From contig CAWHAE010000009.1 in the NCBI GenBank assembly GCA_963827235.1, positions 576,001-640,000 on the forward strand: a stretch of 64,000 nucleotides of DNA, given 5' to 3'. The position numbers were made by a program, and so were the translations under genes. Shown here one piece after another: positions 32,686 through 42,359 of this stretch. Under the pieces are notes generated by a model. The model was not told the DNA's origin. It made no database searches and saw nothing but the letters and a program-made list of their open reading frames with translations. How positions within the stretch are numbered: the stretch's first letter is position 1; the number at the start of each line of letters is the position of its first letter. The stretch is from an uncultured bacterium. Its GTDB lineage: Bacteria > Chloroflexota > UBA5177 > JANWHV01.

Positions 32686-33054
32686 TCAATAGAGCAGCAA
32701 TGGGTCGAGCCGTTCGCGCCAGAGCGATTCCAGCGTGGCAAGATCCTCCAGGATGTCCTCCCGGCTCATTTCCGGCTTGACATCCAGGACCTCGAGAGTC
32801 TCCAGGGAGAACGCCTCCAGGCCATGCTCGCGGGCGTCGTTGACGAGCCGCCGATCCAGGGCGCTGATCGTGTTCGTCGCCTTGGCCCAGGTCAGCTTGT
32901 TGCGGATGCTTGCCAGATCCGGCGTAGACCCGAGCAAGACGCGGCTATTCCGGCTGTTGCGCACCAGATACACTCCGGCCTCGGGCCGTGCCTGCTTGTA
33001 CTGCTCCCGCAATTGCTTGCGCCGTGCCGGCCCGCTGCTCTCGTCTACGCTCAT
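32686..33054 (-). CDS. GIY-YIG nuclease-like protein
   Basis: RRKQLREQYKQ..PEAGVYLVRN...LLGS...HG.EAFSLETLE. Confidence 0.75.
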   Translation of the reverse strand: MSVDESSGPARRKQLREQYKQARPEAGVYLVRNSRNSRVLLGSTPDLASIRNKLTWAKATNTISALDRRLVNDAREHGLEAFSLETLEVLDVKPEMSREDILEDLATLESLWRERLDPLLLY

Positions 33055-33354
33055 AGTCTCCTCGCGTCGCTCTGCCGGACGTGCGCTCCTGCCGGGCCGC
33101 ACGTCGAGATCCTGCTTTGGTGTACCGCGTACCGGCACGGTGCGGATAGTCCTGCCGCCACCGCGAGCAGAAAGCTGATACCGTCACAGAGTGCGAGCCG
33201 ACCTGTCTTCGCGGTCGAGAACGCGGCAGGATAGGGTGATGCAGCGGGTCAGGAGCGGTCCGGCCATTCCGCGTGCCGGCCGTCCGCGCTGTGCGGGCCT
33301 CGTGGGCCGCGTGGTGTAGCGAGCCCGGCGTATCCGCCGGAAGGAAGGGCAAGC

Positions 33355-33675
33355 ATGGCTGAGCAGGCACGGGAGGCGTATGACGAGGTGGCGGAGGTGC
33401 TTGCCGGCACCACACCAGCAAGGCTGGGCGCTATGTTCGGTATGCCGAGCCTCAAGATCGGCAGCAAGGTATTTGCCGGCTTCACGCAGGACGGCATGGT
33501 CTTCAAGCTCAGTGGAGCGGACCACCGGCGCGCCCTCGACCTTCCGGGTGCACACCTGTTCGATCCCGGCATGGGCCGGCCGATGCGGGAGTGGGTGGTG
33601 GTTCCCGCTCAGCACGCGGCGCACTGGGAAGAGCTTGCTCGCGCCGCGCTCGCCTACGTCGGCGGCGAGCGCTGA
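33355..33675 (+). CDS. Small TfoX_N/YjbR-like protein
   Basis: MFGMPSLKIGSKVFA...FDPGMGRPMREWV; RBS present. Confidence 0.7.
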   Translation: MAEQAREAYDEVAEVLAGTTPARLGAMFGMPSLKIGSKVFAGFTQDGMVFKLSGADHRRALDLPGAHLFDPGMGRPMREWVVVPAQHAAHWEELARAALAYVGGER

Positions 33676-33837
33676 ACCGCTTTCGCCGCCATACGGTGTC
33701 CGCCGCGCGCCACGATCCCCGGGGGCCGGTTTTCAGGTGGCACTATCCACAGCGGCGAGCCGCCGATAACGGAAAGGCGGCTCGCCGTTGCTACGCGTGC
33801 GCCCGCTCAGCGCGGACGACCGGCGAATCGGTGCCGG

Positions 33838-35109
33838 TCAGCGCGGATAGATGCCGCGAACCTCGAGGGCATGAGCGACTCTCTCCACGGCCACGATATG
33901 GGCGGCCGTCCTCAGCGTGACCCGGCGCTGATCGGCCACGGACTTCACGGTGTAGAAGGCCTTGACCAGTATGTCACGCAGGCGGGCGTTCACCTCCTCT
34001 TCCTCCCACAGGAAGTTCTGCAGATCCTGAACCCATTCGAAGTAGCTCACCGTGACGCCGCCCGCGTTTGCCAGGATGTCCGGTACCACCAGGATGCCGC
34101 GTTCGGAGAGGATGCGGTCGGCTTCCGGCGTGGTGGGTCCGTTGGCGCCCTCGGTGATGAGCGTGGCCCGGATCAGTGCGGCGTTGTCCTCGGTGATCTG
34201 GTTCTCGATAGCAGCGGGCACGAGAACGGTGCAGGGCAGGGTCAGCAGCACCTGGTTGGTGATGGGCTCCGCACCCTGGAAGCCGGTGAGCTTGCCGGCC
34301 TCGGCCAAGTGGGCGTCGACCGCCGCCAGATCGAGACCACTTGGGTTGTACAGGCCGCCGTACTGATCGCTGACCGCGACGACCCGGCAGCCCTGCGCGG
34401 CCAGCGCGTGCGCGGCGCTGGAGCCCACGTTGCCGTAGCCTTGCACGACCACGGTCGCCTCGTGCGGCTCGATCTGCATCATGCGCAGCGCCTCGATCGT
34501 CACGATCATCACGCCGCGACCGGTAGCCTCCTTGCGCCCAGCCGAGCCGCCGATGGCCAACGGCTTACCGGTGACCACGGCCGGAACGGAGTAGCCCATG
34601 TGCATGGAGAAGGTGTCCATCATCCAGGCCATGATCTGAGCGTCGGTGTTGACGTCCGGGGCCGGGATGTCTTGTTGCGGTCCGATGATAATCGAGATCT
34701 CACTGGTGTAGCGGCGGGTCATGGCCTCGATCTCGGTGGCGCTCATCGTGTGGGGATCGCAGATCACGCCGCCCTTGGCGCCGCCGTACGGGATGTTCAC
34801 CACGGCGCACTTCCAGGTCATCCACATGGCCAGCGCCCGCACTTCGTCGAGCGTCACGTCGGGATGGAACCGCACACCCCCCTTGGCGGGGCCGCGCAGG
34901 AGGGAGTGCTGCACGCGATAGCCCGTGAAGGTGCGCATCGATCCGTCATCCATACGCACGGGGAAATTGACGCTCAGCTCGCGCACGCAGCTGCCGAACA
35001 GCGTGCGCACCCCCTCGTCCAGGTGCAGATGATCGGCCGCGATGCGGAATTGCTCTCGGGCTACGTCCAGAGGGTTCGGGACCACCGATAGGATCGCGGG
35101 GCTTGCCAT
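33838..35109 (-). CDS. gdhA: Glu/Leu/Phe/Val dehydrogenase (glutamate dehydrogenase)
   Basis: GPAKGGVRFHP, MTWKCAVVNIPYGGAKGG, DIPAPDVNT, QGYGNVG, EGANGPTT, NAGGVTVSYFEW. Confidence 0.95.
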   Translation of the reverse strand: MASPAILSVVPNPLDVAREQFRIAADHLHLDEGVRTLFGSCVRELSVNFPVRMDDGSMRTFTGYRVQHSLLRGPAKGGVRFHPDVTLDEVRALAMWMTWKCAVVNIPYGGAKGGVICDPHTMSATEIEAMTRRYTSEISIIIGPQQDIPAPDVNTDAQIMAWMMDTFSMHMGYSVPAVVTGKPLAIGGSAGRKEATGRGVMIVTIEALRMMQIEPHEATVVVQGYGNVGSSAAHALAAQGCRVVAVSDQYGGLYNPSGLDLAAVDAHLAEAGKLTGFQGAEPITNQVLLTLPCTVLVPAAIENQITEDNAALIRATLITEGANGPTTPEADRILSERGILVVPDILANAGGVTVSYFEWVQDLQNFLWEEEEVNARLRDILVKAFYTVKSVADQRRVTLRTAAHIVAVERVAHALEVRGIYPR

Positions 35110-35792
35110 TTCCTTCCATCTCCGTTTCACTCGTGACCGGACGTCCCGGTCGTCCGTCGCCTTTGACGTCCGGGTGAACGATTGACAGCTCCCAGTACGG
35201 CAGCGCCACGGCTGCCCGGCCCGCGGGTTGGCACGTTACGCCATGGCAATCAGGCCGAAGAAGGGAAGTAACGGTCCCCGGCTGCCGCCCGGCAGCCCCT
35301 CGATCTCCTCGACGATCACCGCCGCGCAGAACGGCGCACATACCGGCCATAGCTATCCGATAATCAATATAATGATATGCGCTGGTATCGGCAAGCACGT
35401 GGCGCCGGAGCGCCGATCGTCCATCTCAGCCACCGACGAGTGACCCGCACCGCGGCGGTCTCGCGCGCCTGCTCGTGCCGCCGGGCCTCCGCCGGTTAGG
35501 CCTTTGCCGGCAGGCAGGTCGCGACCAAGGTAGTTTGTGGCATGCCCGATGGCGTAGGAGAGCTGATCGGCAAAACCGGGCGCGGTCCTTCGAGCAAACG
35601 ATCGGTCACCGATTTGTCTATGAGGCGGCTGACGAGCGCGTGTGCGGTGCCGAGCAGGGCGATCTGTTGCAGTGCCGGGACGAATGTGTGACGATTCTGT
35701 GGAACGAGCATGGTGGCGGGTCGGGGCCGCCCTGCCGCCGGGCCGGCGAAGAACGCCGAGCACGAAGAGATTTTTAGGGATGGGGCTTGCGC

Positions 35793-36482
35793 GTGGCGCA
35801 CGTACTGGTCGTCGAGGACGAAGCGCAGCTAAACCGGCTGATTTGCGAGCAGCTCCAGGCAACCGGATACCGGGCGACCGGCGTGCACGACGGCCTGGAG
35901 GCACTCAAGCTGCTGGAGACGGTACCTGCCGACCTGGTGATTCTCGACTGGATGTTGCCGGGCATAGACGGCCTCGAAGTCTGCCGTCGCATCCGGGCCC
36001 GCAGCATCACGCCGATTCTCATGCTGACGGCGCGGGCCGAGGAGATCGACCGCGTGCTGGGCCTCGAAGTCGGCGCCGATGACTACCTGACCAAGCCTTT
36101 CAGCATGCGCGAGCTGCTGGCGCGCGCCCGGGCCTTGCTGCGGCGCGTGGCGCTGATGAGCGAGCAGACACAGGCCAGGCGGGACGATACGCCGCTCCGG
36201 CTGGGCGATCTGGAGATCGACGTGACCGGCCGCACCGCGTCGGTGGCCGGCAAGGAGCTGGAGCTCACCCCCAAGGAGTTCGATTTGCTGCACGTGCTGG
36301 CTGCTCAACCCGGACGCGCCTACAGCCGCGAGTACCTGCTTCAGCGTATTTGGGGTGTGGAGTACGACGGCTTCGATCGCACGGTCGACACGCATGTAGT
36401 ACGCCTGCGGCGCAAACTGGGCCCTTTGGGCGACCGGGTGACGACCGTCTGGGGCATAGGCTACAAGATGCTGCCGGGCTAG
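35793..36482 (+). CDS. OmpR/PhoB-family response regulator
   Basis: LVVEDE, LDWMLPGIDG, GADDYLTKPF, LTPKEFDLL, RTVDTHV..LRRKL. Confidence 0.95.
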   Translation: MAHVLVVEDEAQLNRLICEQLQATGYRATGVHDGLEALKLLETVPADLVILDWMLPGIDGLEVCRRIRARSITPILMLTARAEEIDRVLGLEVGADDYLTKPFSMRELLARARALLRRVALMSEQTQARRDDTPLRLGDLEIDVTGRTASVAGKELELTPKEFDLLHVLAAQPGRAYSREYLLQRIWGVEYDGFDRTVDTHVVRLRRKLGPLGDRVTTVWGIGYKMLPG

Positions 36483-36643
36483 AGGCACAGTTTCGCTACA
36501 GTTTTGCCATAGGCCGGCCACAGCCTGCGCATGCTTCCGCCATACCCGCACCCTATACTGATTGGAACGATCAATGGCGTGGAGGCTTTGTGGTTTCTCT
36601 CTACACCGGCCATATATAAGGGTATAGGCGCAAGGCTGCTGAC

Positions 36644-38758
36644 GTGACGGATAGAGACCCTCGAGCGGCGAGCGGGCAGCCGCCCGCCGAGACACCCATT
36701 CTCATGCCGTCGTGGTCGATGGCGGCTCCGTTGCGCGCTCCCTTCTGGCAGGCCGCGGCTGAGTCGGTCGGCGGCTGGCTGCTGCTCGTCGTGGCGGCAA
36801 GCATCATGCAGCCCGGCATCTCCGTCCTCGTTTTGCGCCAGCCCACGGCGCCGGGCATCTCCTCCGTCACCGCGGTGCTCGGCTGGATCTGGGTGGTCGC
36901 GTGGCCCATGTGGCGATTGCAGCAGGTCAAGGGTCGGCACGCGTGGACCCGGCTGCCGTTAGGTTTGCTGCGCGTGTGGTTGCAGGCCGCCGTGATCGGG
37001 TTTGCCTGCCAGGCCCTGGCCACCATGCGCGAGGCATGGCCCGGCGACGCCGGCGCACTCGGCAGCGCCGGAGATTGGGGTCTCGCGCCCAGGTTCGCGT
37101 TCATGATGACGACGCTCCGCATCGGCGTCGATCTCGGCGCCGCAGGAAGGAGATGGGCCCGTACGCGGCTGCGCCGCCAGTTGGCACTCTCGTACTTCTT
37201 CGTGATCACGATCACGTTCTTGAGCCTGGCGGGCATCGGCAGCGTCACGGCCGTGCTCGTGATCGTCCACAATCTACCCGATCCTGCCGGGCAGGCGCGC
37301 TCCATCGCCGAGCTGGCGCAGCCGCAATCGGGCAGCGACGCAATCGACGTCACGCGCGCTCGCATCCTTCTGGACGGCGTGGCCAGCGGCAGGTTGAAAC
37401 CGAACAGTCTCGGCACCTCGCCGCTCAACCTATTCATTCCCTGGAGGACCATCAACAGCCGCGTCGAGCTCGTCACTCTCCAGGGAAAGGTGCTGGTCGC
37501 GGTCAATGCACCGCAGGAAACGAAGAGCTGCTCTTCGGCATACCCGAACGAGATCCTACCCGGCCCGGCCCGATCCGCGCTGGTTGCATCCGCCGCCCGC
37601 GGTGCGGTGACGAGCGCGCGCGTTCCTTTCCCCAATAGCTGCGTAAACGGTGTCGTAGCCGAAGCGGCCGCAGCGCCCATCCGCGGATCGCGCGGGCAGC
37701 CAATCGCGGTCGTGCTCGTGCGCGGCGTCACTGTGTCGGCGTCGTGGAGCCAGATCGCGGGCGCGCTGCTGGTGGGCTTCACGGCTGCCAGCGCGCTGCT
37801 GGTGCTCATCACCGTCCTGCCCGCGCTCGGCATCTCATCCGTCGTGTCGGTGTACTTCGCCAGCGGGCTGACGCGCGGCGTAACCGCCGTCTCGCGTACG
37901 GCACGCGCGCTTGCCGACGGCGATCTGACCCAGCGCGTGCCCGTCACGGAAGAAAATGAAATCGGCAGGCTGGCGGAGGATTTCAACCGCATGGCGGCAG
38001 GCATGGAGCAAACCATGGGCGATCTGCGTGCCGCGCGGACCCAGGCCGAGCAGGCGCTACAGTCGCGGCAGGAGCTCATTGCCACCGTCTCGCACGAGCT
38101 GCGCACGCCGATCGCGATCGTGCAGGCTCACCTGGAGGTACTCGAGGCGACCGGCAGCACCGGCCCGGAGGGCATGGGCACCCTGCCTGGAACGGCACTG
38201 CAGGCGCTGCAGAGCGAGATGCAGCGCCTCGCGGCACTGGTGGATGATCTCTTCACCCTGGTGCGCGCCGGCACGGATGCCATGCGCGTCACGTGCGTGC
38301 CGACCGACGCCGGCAGCGTCGTACGCGAGGTGACCGCGTTGCTGGGCCCGCTCGCTTACCGCGAGGGATCGCTCACCCTGGTGGCACAGGTGCAGCCTGG
38401 GCTGCCGGCCGCGCTGGCCGATGCGGATCGGTTGCGGCAGATCCTGGCCAATCTCGTGCGGAACGCGGTTCGCCACACGCCCGAAGGGGGCATGATCGCG
38501 TTGGCGGCAGCCGCGGAGCCGGAGTGGATCGTGATCAGCGTTGCCGATACGGGTGAAGGCATCGCGTCCGAGCACCTGCCCCATGTCTTCGAGCGCTTTT
38601 ACCGGGTGGACAAGGCACGGACGCACTCCAGCGGCGGCGCCGGGCTGGGCCTGGCCATCGTCAAGGAGCTTCTGGAGCTGATGGGCGGCCACGTCGACGT
38701 GCAGAGCACGGTCGGCGAAGGTACCTGCTTCAGCGTCTACCTGCGACGCGCCCGGTAG
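36644..38758 (+). CDS. Membrane sensor histidine kinase (HAMP-HisKA-HATPase)
   Basis: Several TM segments, HAMP EIGRLAEDFNRMA, SHELRTP, NLVRNAVRHT, FERFYR, GAGLGLAIV; start uncertain. Confidence 0.92.
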   Translation: MTDRDPRAASGQPPAETPILMPSWSMAAPLRAPFWQAAAESVGGWLLLVVAASIMQPGISVLVLRQPTAPGISSVTAVLGWIWVVAWPMWRLQQVKGRHAWTRLPLGLLRVWLQAAVIGFACQALATMREAWPGDAGALGSAGDWGLAPRFAFMMTTLRIGVDLGAAGRRWARTRLRRQLALSYFFVITITFLSLAGIGSVTAVLVIVHNLPDPAGQARSIAELAQPQSGSDAIDVTRARILLDGVASGRLKPNSLGTSPLNLFIPWRTINSRVELVTLQGKVLVAVNAPQETKSCSSAYPNEILPGPARSALVASAARGAVTSARVPFPNSCVNGVVAEAAAAPIRGSRGQPIAVVLVRGVTVSASWSQIAGALLVGFTAASALLVLITVLPALGISSVVSVYFASGLTRGVTAVSRTARALADGDLTQRVPVTEENEIGRLAEDFNRMAAGMEQTMGDLRAARTQAEQALQSRQELIATVSHELRTPIAIVQAHLEVLEATGSTGPEGMGTLPGTALQALQSEMQRLAALVDDLFTLVRAGTDAMRVTCVPTDAGSVVREVTALLGPLAYREGSLTLVAQVQPGLPAALADADRLRQILANLVRNAVRHTPEGGMIALAAAAEPEWIVISVADTGEGIASEHLPHVFERFYRVDKARTHSSGGAGLGLAIVKELLELMGGHVDVQSTVGEGTCFSVYLRRAR

Positions 38759-38957
38759 CACTGGGCGGCGCTACGACTCCCAGCGGACGTCGAGCCCAAG
38801 CTGCACCACCGGGACGCCTGCCTGGCTGGGGGTCACGATGGCGCCCTGTAGTGCTACCGCCGCCCCCTACGGCGAACACCGCTCCGGCAAGCGCGGTTTT
38901 GGGCGCGGTGACTGCTGCGGGAAGGCACCGCTCCCGGCTCCGGGAACGTAGCAGCAA

Positions 38958-39001
38958 GCAAGTGGGGGCCCTGCTCGTGCACGAGCAGGGCCCCCACTTG
39001 C
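38958..39001. terminator. Perfect 44-bp palindrome between convergent genes (probable bidirectional terminator)
   Basis: GCAAGTGGGGGCCCTGCTCGTG|CACGAGCAGGGCCCCCACTTGC. Confidence 0.6.
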
Positions 39002-39052
39002 CGAAACGACCTTGTGCCTGTCCGGTACGGAGCAGGCAGTGCCGCGTCAGGG

Positions 39053-41149
39053 CTACTTGCTGACCTGAATCGAGGGCGCGGTGGCCGTGGCAGAGACGGT
39101 GAAGTTGTCCCACATCCCTGTCGCGAGGTGGCCGGGCACCAGGCATACCAGGTAGAACTTGCCGGGCGTTACCGTGCTAAAGCTGGCGTATTGCGACGCC
39201 GTACCGGACAAGCCCACGGTCGGATTGGGGGTCTCGGCCAACGGGCTGAGATCGGGACCGATCTTGAGCGAATTGATCACCGCCAGGCTGTGTGGAAGTG
39301 CCTGGTCATTCTTGAAGATGAAGTTGACCAGCCACCCGGTAGGCACGATGAAGTTCGCCTGTCCTTTGGCGTAGCCGTTGAAGTTGAAGCCGTTGTTGGC
39401 GGCAGTCGCCGCGGCGGTTACCTCGAACACGACCGTCTTCCGCGCAGTGCTCACGTAGACGTCGTTGCTGAGCTTGGTCAGGCCCTTGGTGGTGATCACC
39501 TCGCTCAAGCCGCCGATCGCCATGCCGTGCACGTTATTGACCGCCGGCAGCTTCTTGATCGGCGCGCCGTTGAGCTTGAAGGCGATGAGCGTGCCGCCCA
39601 GCCCGTTCGGATTGAAGTATCCCTGGGAGCTGAAGCCGCCCATGGCGATGGCGATGTACTGGGTGCCGTTTACCTCATAGGTGATCGGCGGTGCCCCGGA
39701 GCCGACGCCCAGGTTGGCGGTCCAGAGAATCTTGCCGGTCTTCGCGTCGAAGGCATAGAACCTGCCGTCGTCGGCGGCACTGAACACCAACCCGCTTGCC
39801 GTGGCCAGCGCTCCGCCGACCATCGGCGCGGAAACCTGGGTACGCCAGAGATACTTGCCGGTAGTCGTATCGATCGCCGCCATGGTGCCCGATATGTGCT
39901 TCGCGTCGAAGGAAAGCTGAGCGCCGTTGACGATCTGGCACACGGTCAGGGCAGGATAGTAGACGGCCTGGGTCTGCGGGCTATAGGCGGCCGGAGAGTA
40001 CTCGAAGCCGCCCCAGGAGCCGGGGCAACTGAGCTGCGGTCCCTTCGCCTTCGGCGAGGGGTGAGTGTACGTGGTAACGTAGGTCGTCTTCGCGAGGAGG
40101 GCGCCCGTCTTGGCGTTGTATACGAAATACAGACCGGACTTGTTGGCATGGCCGACGGCGCGGACGCTCTTGCCGTTGGCGTAATGCAAGGTGAAGAGCA
40201 TTGGCGAGGGGTCTGAATCGTAGTCATAGACGTCGTTACAGACCTCCGAGTGGGCCCAGAGGAACTTGCCGGTCTTGGCATTCAGAGCGATGGTGGCGTC
40301 TACCCACGGATCGCAGCCGGGCCGATGGCTGTTGTCGAAGTCGGGATAGGGATTGCCGGTGCCGAAGTAGACGATCCCCGTCGTGGTGTCGACGACGGCC
40401 GGCATCCACACATCGCCGCCACTGACCAGGGGCGACTTCGGTACCCAGCCCTGCCCGGCGGCCGGCACGGTGTAGTACGTCCAGAGCTTCTTGCCAGTAG
40501 CGGCGTCATAGGCGGCCACGAACCCGCGGTGCCCTGAATCACCCTCGGCACTGCCCACAAACAGCATGCCGTTCCAGTAGGTGGGTGGCGAAACCTCGGA
40601 GAAGCCGTCGATGGCGCTTGCGACCGTGGTGGTCCATAGCTTCTCGCCGGTGGACTGCTGCAGGGCGATGAGCTGATCATCGAAGGTGAGCAAGTAGATA
40701 TCACCCTTGGCGGCCGTCACGCCTCGGCTGGTCGGGACACCGCCGCCGCCGCCGGCAATCGCCTCGTAGAAGTTCACCTTGGGAGTGAACTGCCACTTGA
40801 GCTGCCCCGTCGCGGCATCCACGGCCCGTACCTGATCCGTGTTGGTGGTGTAGTACATCGTGCCGCCGATCACCAGCGGCACCGTCTCGAACGTCGTAAG
40901 CTTCGGACCTTCTGCCTGAGTCCAGGCAACGCCCAATCGCGAGACGTTGCCGGCATTGATCTGTGTCAGGGTCGAGTAGTGATTGTTGTCCGTGTTATTG
41001 CCCCAGACTGCCCAGTCTGCGTTGGCCGTGCCGGCCGCCGCGGCGCTCTGGCCGATCGTGCCATGCTGCTCTGCGGCAAAGACCGTGCTTGCGACGAGGA
41101 GAGATCCCACTACCGCTATGGCAGCGCCATAGCGACGTGTCCAGTGCAT
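39053..41149 (-). CDS. Secreted PQQ-dependent dehydrogenase (beta-propeller) fused to a C-terminal sulfocyanin-like cupredoxin domain
   Basis: Signal peptide; YSTLTQINAGNV..L..AW, ETVPLV, repeated A.DA.TGK..W tryptophan-docking motifs, YFGTGNP, DYD; C-terminal FNFNG...PHS...YLVCLVPGHLATGMW. Confidence 0.9.
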   Translation of the reverse strand: MHWTRRYGAAIAVVGSLLVASTVFAAEQHGTIGQSAAAAGTANADWAVWGNNTDNNHYSTLTQINAGNVSRLGVAWTQAEGPKLTTFETVPLVIGGTMYYTTNTDQVRAVDAATGQLKWQFTPKVNFYEAIAGGGGGVPTSRGVTAAKGDIYLLTFDDQLIALQQSTGEKLWTTTVASAIDGFSEVSPPTYWNGMLFVGSAEGDSGHRGFVAAYDAATGKKLWTYYTVPAAGQGWVPKSPLVSGGDVWMPAVVDTTTGIVYFGTGNPYPDFDNSHRPGCDPWVDATIALNAKTGKFLWAHSEVCNDVYDYDSDPSPMLFTLHYANGKSVRAVGHANKSGLYFVYNAKTGALLAKTTYVTTYTHPSPKAKGPQLSCPGSWGGFEYSPAAYSPQTQAVYYPALTVCQIVNGAQLSFDAKHISGTMAAIDTTTGKYLWRTQVSAPMVGGALATASGLVFSAADDGRFYAFDAKTGKILWTANLGVGSGAPPITYEVNGTQYIAIAMGGFSSQGYFNPNGLGGTLIAFKLNGAPIKKLPAVNNVHGMAIGGLSEVITTKGLTKLSNDVYVSTARKTVVFEVTAAATAANNGFNFNGYAKGQANFIVPTGWLVNFIFKNDQALPHSLAVINSLKIGPDLSPLAETPNPTVGLSGTASQYASFSTVTPGKFYLVCLVPGHLATGMWDNFTVSATATAPSIQVSK

Positions 41150-41642
41150 TAGCTTCCTCCTTGTGTCCCGTGTGTCGATACCACTCTGTATGAGCGCCCA
41201 ATGCAATGCGTACTCCGAGTGCGGCGAGCAATCTGCCGTCGTGCCGTCCACCTGATGCCTGCAACACCTCCACACATGAAAAGTGCAGATAACCGGCCCC
41301 ATACGCATGTGGACAGGGCGTGGTCTCTGCACCATGTAAGACGTGAACTGTTAGTCTCCAGCAACCTAATAACAAGTATACACTCGTTTTATTATGTGAA
41401 AGTAAATCCTTTGAGATAGAGCAGCGGTTCGAAGCGCCACGCTCCTGGTGTGACACGACGGCAGGCACGGTATGTGATCGCCGCTCTACGCGTGGCGAAC
41501 CGGGCGGCGACGAACGGGACTGCGCTGGTGCCCAGCCAGCGCTGCAAGGCTCACCAACAGGAGGAGGATGATTCCGGATTCTGATATCGCTTGACCGATC
41601 ACAAGCTTGACGTACCGGGCCACGGGGCCCACGCTTGCTGGT

Positions 41643-41891
41643 ATGGAAGTGCATTTCAACTCTGACCTGCAGGCCAAGGTTGACCAATGGGCCGCTGACA
41701 CTGGTCGCCCGACCGATGAACTCTTCGCAGACGCGATGAGCGGATATTTCGCGACGCTTTCAGACGCGCGCGAGATGTTGGACTGTCGCCATGACGACCT
41801 CAAGAGCGGCAGGGTGCAACCTATCGACGGCGAAGAAGTCTACGCCCTCCTGGATGCCGAGACCGCGGCCCAGCGTGCGCGCTCGGCATGA
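41643..41891 (+). CDS. Putative antitoxin (RHH/ParD-like)
   Basis: 82 aa; stop overlaps the ATG of the ParE-like gene (ATGA); DDLKSGRVQPIDGEEV tail. Confidence 0.7.
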   Translation: MEVHFNSDLQAKVDQWAADTGRPTDELFADAMSGYFATLSDAREMLDCRHDDLKSGRVQPIDGEEVYALLDAETAAQRARSA

Positions 41892-42199
41892 GGCGGTACG
41901 CGCTTCATCCTGGCGCGCTGCAGGACCTTCGCGAGATTCGGGCATACATCGCACCGGACAGCCTCGACGGTACGGACCGCGTGATAGACGAAATCGCCGA
42001 GCGAATCCGCATGCTGGCCCCGTTTCCGCAGCAGGAGCACTAGCGGCCTGACCTCACCACGCGGCCGCTACGGTTCACGCGCGTGTACGAGTATCTGATT
42101 GTCTACGCGCCCGATGAATCGCCGCTCTGGGTGGTCGCTGTGCTGCACGGCCGGCGCGACCCGAAGCTCCTCGCCGCGATTCTGCGGAACCGGGAATGA
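41888..42199 (+). pseudogene. RelE/ParE-family toxin with in-frame TAG at 42041
   Basis: My translation: MRRYALHPGALQDLREIRAYIAPDS...PFPQQEH*RPDLTTRPLRF..VYEYLIVY...WVVAVLHGRRD; missing from the ORF track. Confidence 0.85.
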
Positions 42200-42359
42200 G
42201 TTGGGAGCTTCACGGATGCCCTAGATGCTTCCCACTTGCATGTGCGTCACGGCGAGCTCGTGGAGCCTCCAGTTGCGAGGATGGCAGGGTACGGGCCGGG
42301 CGGGGTATCCACACCAGTGGGTCGTGATTGGGCGGGGGACGGTAGCCTCCTATGACGGT

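Noticed and set aside
41420-41450. tRNA fragment (GGTTCGAA)
   Set aside because: No cloverleaf, acceptor stem or CCA context.
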